Positions 1 to 9,564 of a stretch of 20,000 nucleotides of DNA are shown here, one piece after another (within the stretch, counting starts at the first letter, position 1; each line of letters starts with the position of its first letter). Both the position numbers and the translations under genes were made by a program. The notes below the pieces were generated by a model. It ran no database searches and was not told the DNA's origin. It worked only from the letters and a program-made list of their open reading frames with translations. The DNA lies in contig JAXLNO010000384.1 in assembly GCA_038087875.1 (NCBI GenBank), positions 122,941-142,940 of the forward strand. The letters run 5' to 3'. Source of the DNA: Malacoraja senta (Eukaryota).

Positions 1-919
1 GATGACACAAAGCTGGGTGGCAGTGTGAACTGTGAGGAGGATGCTATGAGAATGCAGGGTGACTTGGACAGGTTGGGGGAGTGGGCAGATGCATGGCAGA
101 CAATGTTTAATGTAGATAAATGTGAGGTTCTCCACTTTGGAATCAAAAACAGGAAGGCAGATTACTATCTAAGTGTCGTCAAGGGAAAAGAGGAAGTACA
201 ACGGGCTCTGGGGGTCCTTGTTCATCAGTCTATGAAAGTAAGCATGCAGGTACAGCAGGCAGTGAAGAAAGCGAATGGCATATTGGCATTTATAACAAGA
301 GGAGTTGAGTATAGGAGCAAAGAGGTCCTGCTGCAGTTGTACAGAGCCCTAGTGAGACCACACCTGGAGTATTGTGTGCAGCTTTGGTCCCCTAATTTGA
401 GGAAGGACATTCTTGCTATTGAGGGAGTGCAGCGTAGGTTCACCAGGTTAATTCCCGGGTTGGCAGGACTGTCATATGCTGAGAGAGTGGAGCAGCTGGG
501 CTTGTACACTCTGGAGTTTAGAAGGATGAGAGGATATCTTATTGAAACATATAAGATTAATAAGGGTTTGGACACGCTAGAGGCAGGAAACATGTTCCCG
601 ATGTTGGGGGAGTCCAGAACCAGGGGCCACAGTTTAAGAATAAGGGGTAAGCCATTTAGAACAGAGACGAGGAAATACTTTTTCTCACAGAGAGTTGTGA
701 GTCTGAATTCTCTGCCTCAGAGGGCGGTGGAGGCCAGTTCTCTGGATACTTTCAAGAGAGAGCTAGATAGTGCTCTTAAAAATAGCGGAGTCATGGGGAT
801 ATGGGGAGAAGGCAGGAACGGGGTACTGATTGGGGATGATCAGCCATGATCACATTGAATGGCGGTGCTGGCTCGAAGAGCTGAATGGCCTACTCTGGCG
901 TCTATTGTCTATTGTCTAT
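1..919 (+). mobile_element. CR1-clade (HER1-like) LINE 3' fragment: RT C-terminus plus 3' UTR
   Basis: Begins in the RT DDTKLGG motif. ORF 25-849 has the CR1 ORF2 C-terminal motifs KCEVLHFG, LVRPHLEYCVQLWSP, RTRGHSL and FFSQRVV. Ends in a (CTATTGT)n-type tail at about 902-919. Confidence 0.93.
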
Positions 920-1503
920 CACAGGTAACAGACTACTGACCGACATCTACTACTAACCCACTGACGCCCATGGCTATCTGGACTGCACTGGCCACATCTG
1001 CCCCCAGGATGAAGTGTTCCAAACCAGGGCATCGGAGATGTCCTCATTCATTAGGGAATGGGGTTCCCCTCTTCTACTATAGATGAGGCTCTTATCAAGG
1101 TCTCCTCAATATCCCGCAGCTCCGCTCATACTCGCCATCCCACTACTCGTAACAAGGACAGAGTCCCCCTTGTCCTCACCTTCCACCCTACCAGCCGTCA
1201 CATACAACAGATAATCCTCCAACATTTTCGCCACCTCCAACGGGATCCCACCACTGGCCTCATCTTCCCATTCTCCAATTTCAGTGGTTTCTCCATCCTT
1301 CCCCTTCCCAGCTCTCCCACAGCCTTCTGTCGCTGCCTTTTCCTTCCTTTATCCCGCACCCCCACCCCAACTTCAGTCTGAAGAACGGTCTCGACCTGAA
1401 ACGTCACATATTCCTTCTCTCCATAGATGCTGCCTCACCCGCTGAGTTACTGTCGCATTTTTGTCAGCCTTTGATTTTTCCAGCATCTGCAATTCTTTCT
1501 TAA
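920..1503 (+). mobile_element. Internally deleted Penelope-like element fragment with terminal repeat
   Basis: Translates to TGNRLLTDIYY*PTDAHGYLD (end of RT) and RNKDRVPLVLTFHPTSRHIQQIILQHFRHLQRDP (post-RT linker). It then jumps to TTCTCCAATTTC, which resembles the end of the GIY-YIG ORF at about 7035-7050, followed by the pyrimidine-rich region and the CTGAAGA...GAAACGTC...AGATGCTGCC terminus. Confidence 0.8.
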
Positions 1504-1504
1504 T

Positions 1505-1645
1505 CCACACGGTGGGAGTGTTGACCATAAATTGGACTGGCCTGCAGTGCGGCGGATCACCACACGGTGGGAGTGTTGACCAAAAATTCGACGGGCCTGC
1601 AGTGCGGAGGATCACCACACGGTGGGTGTGTTGACCACAAATTGG
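1505..1645 (+). repeat. 55-bp tandem repeat, about 2.5 units
   Basis: CCACACGGTGGG(A/T)GTGTTGACC recurs at 1505, 1560 and 1615. Homologous arrays lie at about 4193-4333 (minus) and about 9083-9170. Confidence 0.9.
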
Positions 1646-1865
1646 AGCGACCTGTTATGTGAATTCACTGCACATTGGGAGCGCTGTCGACAAATTGGAT
1701 ATTGTGCTCTTTACTGCAAAATGGTTCTTTATTGCTCTGTGACCCTTTACCTTTCCCCGTAATGCATCCATTGCACAGATGCTAAAGTTTGTAAAAGCCC
1801 TGAAACCAGCAGAGATTTGGTATGAAAATCACGGAACTACAGATACTGGTTTACAAAAAAATAGA

Positions 1866-2385
1866 CAGTGCTGGAGTAACTCAGCGGGTCAGGCAGCATC
1901 TGTGGAGAACATGGATTGGTCACATTTCACAGAGTGCTGGAGTAACTCAACGGGTCAGGCAGCATCTGTGGAGAACATGGATAGGTGACGTTTCACAGAG
2001 TGCTGGAGTAACTCAGCGGGTCAGGCAGCATCTGTGGGGAACATGGATAGGTGACGTTTCACAGAGTAACGCTGGAGTAACTCAGCGGGTCAGGCAGCAT
2101 CTGTGGAGAACATGGATAGGTGACGTTTCACAGAGTGCTGGAGTAACTCAGCGGGTCAGGTAGCATCTGTGGACAACATGGATAGGTGACGTTTCACAGA
2201 GTGCTGGAGTAACTCAGCGGGTCAGGTAGCATCTGTGGAGAACATGGATAGGTGACGTTTCACAGAGTAACGCTGGGAGTAACTCAGCGGGTCAGGCAGC
2301 ATCTGTGGAGAACAGGATAGGTGACGTTTCGCAGAGTGCTGGAGTAACTCAGCGGGTCAGGCAGCATCTGTGGGGAACATGGATA
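1866..2385 (-). repeat. 66-bp tandem repeat (8 units) derived from the Penelope-like terminal repeat
   Basis: Unit is GAGTGCTGGAGTAACTCAGCGGGTCAGGCAGCATCTGTGGAGAACATGGATAGGTGACGTTTCACA. It is the reverse complement of a terminus like 1398-1455 and gives the 22-aa period in ORF 1822-2163. Confidence 0.92.
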
Positions 2386-2684
2386 TGGGAGATTTTGGGT
2401 TGGGAGCCTCAAACTGATTTCTGAGTGAGGTTCCATTTACTTCATGAAGGCAGTGGCAAGAATGAATTTGTCTCCTGGATAGCTGTCCAATTGTGTTTTA
2501 ATTGGGGCACTTTATGAAGACTGGTTTTCAGTTGATGACATTGTTTTGATTAAGAAGACAGCGAGGAATTTAAAGTGGATCTACATTGTACTTGGTTGAG
2601 GAAAGTTAATGTGAACTAGTTGTTAACCTCTTGTGTGAAATGGTTAATGTTAACTACCCTAATCACAGCTTGTTTATTATGAGT

Positions 2685-3780
2685 GAAATGAAGGTGGCAA
2701 CGCCTGCGGGATTGTGTGCAACAGAACAACAGAACAGAACCAATATTTACATTTTAAAAAGACACAACACAACAGTAAATGAGTCCCTGGTGAGATCAGA
2801 GTTTACAGTCCTGATGGCCTGTGGGAAGAAACTCTATCTCATCCTCTCTGTTTTCACAGCGTGACAGCGGAGGCGTTTGCCTGACCGTAGCAACTGGAAC
2901 AGTCCGTTGCTGGGGTGATGGCGGTCCTTCATTATGTTGCTGCCTCTGGATCTGCCGCTCCTGGTGTATAGGTCCTGCAGGGGGTGAGTGTAGTTCCCTT
3001 GGTGAGTTCGGCCGAACGCACTACTCTCTGCAGAGCCTTGCTGTCCTGGGCAGAGCTATTCCCAAACCAGATTGTGATGTTGCCGGACAAGATGCTTTCT
3101 ACAGCCCCAGAGTAGAAGCACTGAAGGATCCTCAGAGAGACTCTGAATTTCCTCAGCTGCCTGAGGTGGTAAAGGCGCTGCCTTGCCTTACTCACCAGTG
3201 TGGCAGAGTGTGTTGTCCATGTCCGATCTTCTGTGATGTGGACTCCCAGGTATTTAAAGCTGCTCACCCTATCCATAGTAGTCGACAATCAGCTCCCTAG
3301 TTTTAGTGACATTACCTAAAGTGACACCAGAGTGGCAGGTCAGCCACCTCCTCCAGGTAGGACTTCTCATCGTTATCGGAGATCAGGCCCACCACCACAG
3401 TGCCATCAGCAAACTTGTTGATGGAGTTGGAGGTGAACCTGGCCACACAGTCATGTGTGTACCGGGAGTACAGTAGGGGGCTGAGGACGCAACCCTGTGT
3501 TCAGGGTGGGGGGATTGGAGGTATGTCTCCCCATCTTGACCACCTGGGGCCTGGCGGTGAGAAAGTCCAGGACCCAGGCACACAGGGGAGTGTTCAGTCC
3601 CAGTTCCAGCAGCTTCTCAGCAACTCTGTGGGGACTATGGTGTTGAAAGCTGAACTGAAATCAATGAACAGAATCCTCACATAGCCCCCCCCCCCCTTGG
3701 CTGTCAAAGTGAGAGAGAGTGGTGTGCAGAACCTGGGAGACCGCATCATCCGTGGATCTGTTTGGTAGGTATGTGAACTG
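2685..3780 (-). mobile_element. Rex1/Babar-clade LINE RT fragment, degenerate
   Basis: Minus-strand translation gives QFTYLPNRSTDDAVSQVLHTTLSHFD, VRILFIDFSSAFNTIVP and VSSFKYLGVHITEDRTWTTHSATLVSKARQRLYHLRQLRKF...AVESIL...IWFGN...LQRVVRSAE, typical of Rex1/Babar RT. It has internal deletions and frameshifts. Confidence 0.85.
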
Positions 3781-3972
3781 CGTCACCTATCCATGTTCTC
3801 CACAGATGCTGCCTGACCCGCTGAGTTACTCCAGCACTCTGTGAAACATCACCTATCCATGTTCTCCACAGATGCTGCCTGACCCGCTGAGTTTACTCCA
3901 GCACTCTGTGAAACATCACCTATCCATGTTCTCCACAGATGCTGCCTGACCCGCTGAGTTAGTCCAGCACTG
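3781..3972 (+). repeat. 66-bp tandem repeat (about 3 units), inverted copy of the 1866-2385 array
   Basis: TCACCTATCCATGTTCTCCACAGATGCTGCCTGACCCGCTGAGTT occurs three times. Confidence 0.9.
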
Positions 3973-4334
3973 TCTATTTTGTTGTAAACCAGCATCTGTA
4001 GTTCCGTGATTTTCATACCAAATCTCTGCTGGTTTCAGGCCTTTTACAAACTTTGGAATCTGTGCAATGGGTGCATTACGGGGAAAGGTAAAGGGTCACA
4101 GAGCAATAAAGAACCATTTTGCAGTAAAGAGCACAATATCTAATTTGTAGACAGCGCTCCCAATGTGCAGTGAATTCACATAACAGGTCACTCCAATTTG
4201 TGGTCAACACTCCCACCGTGTGGTGATCCGCCGCACTGCAGGCCCATCCAATTTGTGGTCAACACTCCCACCGTGTGGTCATCCGCTGCACTGCAGGCCC
4301 GTCCAATTTGTGGTCAACACTCCCACCGTGTGGA

Positions 4335-4918
4335 TTAAGAAAGAATTGCAGACGCTGGAAAAATCGAACGTTGACAAAAATGCTGGAGTAACTCAGCGGG
4401 TGAGGCAGCATCTATGGAGAGAAGGAATAGGTGACGTTTCAGGTCGAGACCCTTCTTCAGACTGAAGTTGGGGTGAGGGGTGCGGGATAAAGGAAGGAAA
4501 ACGCGGAGACAGTAGGCTGTGGGAGAGCTGGGAAGAGGAAGGAGGGAGAAACCACTGAAATTGGAGAATGGGAAGATGTGGCCAGTGGTGGGATCCAGTT
4601 GGAGGTGGCAATAATGTTGGAGGATTATCTGTTGTATGTGACGGCTGGTAGGGTGGAAGGTGAGGACATGGGGGACTGTGTCCTTGTTACGAATAGGGGG
4701 ATGGGGAGTATGAGCGGAGCTGCGGGATATAGAAGAGACCCTGATAAGAGCCTCATCTATAGTAGAAGAGGGAACCCCCATTCCCTAAAGAATGAGGACA
4801 TCTCCGATGCCCTGGTTTGGAACACTTCATCCTGGGCGCAGATGTGGTCAGTGTAGTCCAGATAGCCATGGGCGTCAGTGGGTTTGTAGTTGATGTCGGG
4901 CAGTAGTCTGTTACCTGT
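4335..4918 (-). mobile_element. Internally deleted Penelope-like fragment (inverted copy of 920-1503)
   Basis: Reverse-complement match to 920-1503. ORFs 4335-4781 and 4757-4993 give KPTDAHGYLDY and RNKDTVPHVLTFHPTS. Confidence 0.82.
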
Positions 4919-5631
4919 GATAGACAATAGACAATAGACGCCAGAATAGGCCATTCGGCTCTTCGAGCCAGCACCGCCATTCAATGTGTTCATGGCTGAT
5001 CATCCCAATCAGGACCCCGTTCCTGCCTTCTCCCCATATCCCCTGACTCCGCTATTTTTAAGAGCCCTATCTAGCTCTCCCTTGAAAGCTGACAGAAAAC
5101 CGGCGTCCACCGCCCTCTGAGGCGGAGAATTCCACAGACTCACAACTCTCTGTGAGAAAAAGTGTTTCCTCGTCTCCGATCTAAATGGCTTACCCTTAAT
5201 CTTAAACTATGACCCCTGGTTCTGGACTCCCCCGACATCGGGAACATGTTTCCTGCCTCTAGCGTGTCCAAACACCTTAACAATCTTATGTTTCAATAAG
5301 ATACCCTCTCATCCTTCTAAACTCCAGAGTGTACAAGTCCAGCCACTCCATTCTCTCAGCATATGACAGTCCCGCCATCCCCGGAATTAACCTTGTAAGC
5401 CTACGCTGCTCTCACTCAATAGCAAGAATGTCCTTTCTCAAATTAGGGGACCAAAACTGCACACAATACTCCAGATGTGGTCTCACTAGTGCTCTGTACA
5501 ACTACAGAATGACCTCTTTGCTCCTATAGTCGACTCCTCTTGTTATAAAGACCAACATGCCATTCGCTTTTTTCACTGCCTGCTGTACCTGCATGCTTAC
5601 TTTCATAGAATTATGTACAATGACCCCTAGA

Positions 5632-5764
5632 CCCCTGAAGAAGTGTTTCGGCCCGTAACGTTGCCTATTTCCTTCGCTCCATAGATGCTGCTGCACCCGC
5701 TGAGTTTCTCCAGCATTTTTGTGTACCTTCGATTTTCCAGCATCTGCGGTTCCTTCTTTAACAC
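5632..5764 (+). mobile_element. Short Penelope-like terminal insertion with 12-bp TSD
   Basis: Flanked by ATGACCCCTAGA at 5620-5631 and 5765-5776. Sequence nearly matches 7169-7298. Confidence 0.88.
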
Positions 5765-6373
5765 ATGACCCCTAGATCCCGTTGTACTTCCCCTTTTCCC
5801 AACTTGACGCCATTTTGATAATAATCTGCCTTCCTGTTTTTGATACCAAAGTGGATAACCTCACATTTATCTGCATTAAACTGCATCTGCCACGCATCTG
5901 CCCACTCCCCCAAACTGTCCAAGTCACCCTGCATTCTCATAGCATCCTCCTCACAGTTCACACAGCCACCCAGCTTTGTGTCATCTGCAAATTTGCTAAT
6001 GTTACTTTGAATCCCTTTATCCAAATCATTGATGTATATTGTAAATAGCTGTGGTCCCAGCACCGAGCCTTGCCGTACCCCACTAGTCACTGCCTGCCAT
6101 TCTGAAAGGGACCCGTTAATCCCTACTCTTAGTTTCCTGTCTGCCAACCACTTCTCTATCCAAGGTACACAAAAATGCTGAAGAAACTCAGCGGGTGCAG
6201 CAGCATCTATGGAGCGAAGGAAATAGGCAACGTTTCGGGCCGAAACCCTTCTTCAGACTGATAGTGGGTGGGGAGAAGAAACGAAAAAAGGAAAAAGGCG
6301 GAGGAGGAGCCCGAGGGCTGGGGGAGGGGAGGAGACAACCAGAGGGCTGATGAAGGTGAGGGGACAGCAAGGG

Positions 6374-6700
6374 CTAGCAGAATTGGGAGAATTCAATGTT
6401 CAAACCCCCAGGATGTAGACTGCCCAAGCGGAATATGAGGTGCATTTCCTCCAATTTACGGTGTTGCTCGCTGTGGCCATGGAGGAGACCCAGGACGGAG
6501 AGGTCAAATACGGAATGGGAGGGGGAGTTGAAGTGCTGAGCCACCGGGAGGTCAGGTTGCTTATTGCGGACCGACCGGAGGTGTTCGGCGAAACGATCGC
6601 CAAGCCTCCGCTTGGTCTCACCGATGTAGATCAGCTGGCATCTAGAGCAGCGGATGCAATAGATGAGGTTGGAGGAGATGCAGGTGAACCTCTGTCGCAC
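6374..6700 (-). pseudogene. Mirror copy of the GIY-YIG domain
   Basis: The C-terminal half of ORF 6374-6985 is almost identical to ORF 6725-7051 (N/K and S/F differences). Confidence 0.88.
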
Positions 6701-6724
6701 CTTTGACCCAAGCAGTCGTTCCAG

Positions 6725-7051
6725 GTGCGACAGAGGTTCACCTGCATCTCCTCCAACCTCATCTATTGCATCCGCTGCTCTAGATGCCAGCTGATCTACA
6801 TCGGTGAGACCAAGCGGAGGCTTGGCGATCGTTTCGCCGAACACCTCCGGTCGGTCCGCAATAACCAACCTGACCTCCCGGTGGCTCAGCACTTCAACTC
6901 CCCCTCCCATTCCGTATCTGACCTCTCTGTCCTGGGTCTCCTCCATGGCCACAGCGAGCAACACCGTAAATTGGAGGAAATGCACCTCATATTCCGCTTG
7001 GGCAGTCTACATCCTGGGGGCTTGAACATTGAATTCTCCCAATTCTGCTAG
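6725..7051 (+). pseudogene. GIY-YIG endonuclease domain of a Penelope-like element (5'-truncated)
   Basis: FTCISSNLIYCIRCSRCQLIYIGETKRRLGDRFAEH...VAQHF...RKLEEMHLIFRLGSLHPGGLN shows the xIY/YIG motifs, conserved R, E and N, and the PLE-type Cys/His residues. Confidence 0.88.
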
Positions 7052-7644
7052 CCCTTGCTGTCCCCTCCCCTTCATCAGCCCTCTGGTTGTCTCCTCCCCT
7101 CCCCCAGCCCTCGTGCTCCTCCTCCGCCTTTTTCCTTTTTTCCTTTCTTCTACCCACCCCCTATCAGTCTGAAGAAGGGTTTCGGCCCGAAACGTTGCCT
7201 ATTTCCTTCGCTCCATAGATGCTGCTGCACCCGCTGAGTTTCTCCAGCATTTTTGTGTACCTTCGATTTTCCAGCATCTGCACTTCCTTCTTTAACACTT
7301 CTCTATCCATGTCAGCACTCTACCCCCAATACCATGTGCCCTAATTTTGCCCACTAATCTCCTATGTGGGACCTTATCAAATGCTTTCTGAAAGTCCAGG
7401 TACACTACATCCACTGGCTCTCCCTTGTCCATTTTCCTAGTTACATCTTCAAAAAATTCCAGAAGATTAGTCAAGCATTATTTCCCCTTCGTAAATCCAT
7501 GCTGACTCGGACCGATCCTGTTACTGCTATCCAAATGTGCGGCTATCTCTTCTTTTATAATTGACTCCAGCATCTTCCCCACCACCGATGTCAGGCTAAC
7601 TGGTTTATAATCTCATAACTGATGTTATGAGACTGCTCATAACT

Positions 7645-8509
7645 GATGTTATGGGAATGCAGGGTGACTTGGACAGGTTGGGGGAGTGGGCAGATGCATG
7701 GCAGATGAAGTTTAATGTGGATAAATGTGAGGTTATCCACTTTGGTATCAAAAACAGGAAGGCAGATTACTATCTAAATGGCATCAAGTTGGGAAAAGGG
7801 GAAGTACAACGGGATCTGGGGGTCCTTGTTCATCAGTCTATGAAAGTAAGCATGCAGGTACAGCAGGCAGTGAAGAAAGCCAATGAAGTTGGCCTTTATA
7901 ACAAGAGGAATCGAATATAGGAGCAAAGAGGTAATTCTGCAGTTGTACAGGGCCCAAGTGAGACCACATCTGGAGTATTGTGTGCAGTTTTGGTCCCCTA
8001 ATTTGAGGAAGGACATTCTTGCTATTGAGTGAGTGCAGCGTAGGTTCACCAGGTTAATTACCGGGATGGCGGGACTGTCATATGCTGAGAGAATGGAGTG
8101 GCTGGTCTTGTACACTCTGGAGTTTAGAAGGATGAGAGGGTATCTCATTGAAACATAATATTGTTAAGGTGTTTGGACAGGCTAGAGGCAGGAAACATGT
8201 TCCCGATGTCGGGGGAGTCCAGAACCAGGGGCCATAGTTTAAGAATAAGGGGTAAGCCATTTAGATCGGAGACGAGGAAACACTGAGAGTTGTGAGTCTG
8301 TGGAATTCTCCGCCTCAGAGGGTGGTGGAGGCCGGTTCTCTGGCAGCTTTCAAAAGAGAGCTAGATAGGGCTCTTAAAAATAGCGGAGTCAGGGTATATG
8401 GGGAGAAGGCAGGAACAGGATCCTGATAGTGGATGATCAGCCATTATCACATTGAATGGCGGTGCTGGCTCGAAGGGCCGAATGGCCTATTCTGGCGTCT
8501 ATTGTCTAT
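7645..8509 (+). mobile_element. CR1 LINE 3' fragment (third copy of unit)
   Basis: Colinear with about 40-919; frameshifted. Confidence 0.9.
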
Positions 8510-9081
8510 CACAGGTAACAGACTACTGATCGACATCTACTGCAAACCTACTGACGCCCATGGCTATCTGGACTACACTGGCCACATCTGTGCCCAGGAT
8601 GAAGTGTTCCAAACCAGGGCATCGGAGATGTCCTCATTCTTTAGGGAATGGGGGTTCCCCTCTTCTACTAAAGATGAGCCCTTATCAGGGTCTCCTCTAT
8701 ATCCCGCAGCTCCGCTCTTACTCCCCATCCCCCTACTCGTAACAAGGGCAGAGTCCCCCATGTCCTCACCTTCCACCCTACCAGCCGTCACATACAACAG
8801 ATAATCCTCCAACATTTTCGCCACCTCCAACGGAATCCTTCCCATTCTCCAATTTCAGTGGTTTCTCCCTCCTTCCCCTTCCTAGCTCTCCCACAGCCTA
8901 CTGTCTCTGCCTTTTCCTTCCTTTATCCCGCACACCCCCCCCCCCCAACTTCAGTCTGAAGAAGGGTCTCGACCTGAAACGTCACCTATTCCTTCTCTCC
9001 ATAGATGCTGCCTCACCCGCTGAGTTACTCCAGCATTTTTGTCTACCTTCGATTTTTCCAGCTTCTGCGATTCTTTCTTAA
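8510..9081 (+). mobile_element. Internally deleted Penelope-like fragment (third copy)
   Basis: Colinear with 920-1503. ORF 8433-8804 contains TGNRLLIDIYCKPTDAHGYLDY. Confidence 0.82.
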
Positions 9082-9377
9082 TCCACACGGTGGGAGTTTT
9101 GACCACAAATTGGACGTGGCTGCAGTGCAGCAGATCACCACACGGTGGGAGCGTTGACCGCAAATTGGAGCGACTGTTATGTGAATTCACTGCACATTGG
9201 GAGCGCTGTCTATAAATTAGATATTGTGCTCTTTACTGCAAAATGGTTCTTTATTGCTCTGTGACCCTTTACCTTGCCCCGTAATGCACACACTGCCCAG
9301 ATGCCAAACTTAGTGAAAACCCTGAAACCAGCAGAGATTTGGTATGAAAATCAGGTGCTGGTTTACAAAAAATTAGA

Positions 9378-9564
9378 CATGCTGGATAACTCAGCGAGTC
9401 AGGCAGCATCTGTGGAGAACATGGATAGGTGACGTTTCACAGAGTGCTGGAGTAACTCAGCGGTTCAGGCAACATCTGTGGAGAACACGGATAGGTGACG
9501 TTTCACAGAGTGCTGGAGTAACTGAGCGGGTCAGGCAGCATCTGTGGAGAACATGGATAGGTGA
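9378..9564 (-). repeat. 66-bp tandem repeat (about 3 units)
   Basis: Same unit as 1866-2385. Confidence 0.88.

Larger units (their letters stand above)
6163..7295. mobile_element. Penelope-like insertion in inverted-repeat form with 14-bp TSD
   Basis: TSD CACTTCTCTATCCA at 6149-6162 and 7296-7309. Arms 6163-6702 and 6723-7262 are reverse complements of each other. Confidence 0.92.
4919..7610 (-). mobile_element. CR1 LINE RT region and 3' end, interrupted by two Penelope-like insertions
   Basis: Segments 7296-7610 (TNLLEFFEDVT...VDVVYLDFQKAFDKVPH), 5765-6162 (VTSGVRQGSVLGPQLFTIYINDL...KFADDTKLGG) and 4919-5631 (C-terminus and tail) are colinear once the inserts are removed. Confidence 0.92.

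Noticed and set aside
25..849. 274-aa ORF as a functional gene
   Set aside because: It is a CR1 ORF2 C-terminal fragment with small deletions and a drifted C-terminus, with no evidence of domestication.
1866..2385. CRISPR-like array
   Set aside because: Units are contiguous with no unique spacers, they derive from a retroelement terminus, the context is eukaryotic, and there are no cas genes.
6374..6985. 203-aa ORF as a novel GIY-YIG fusion protein
   Set aside because: The N-terminal half is simply the antisense reading of the other palindrome arm.
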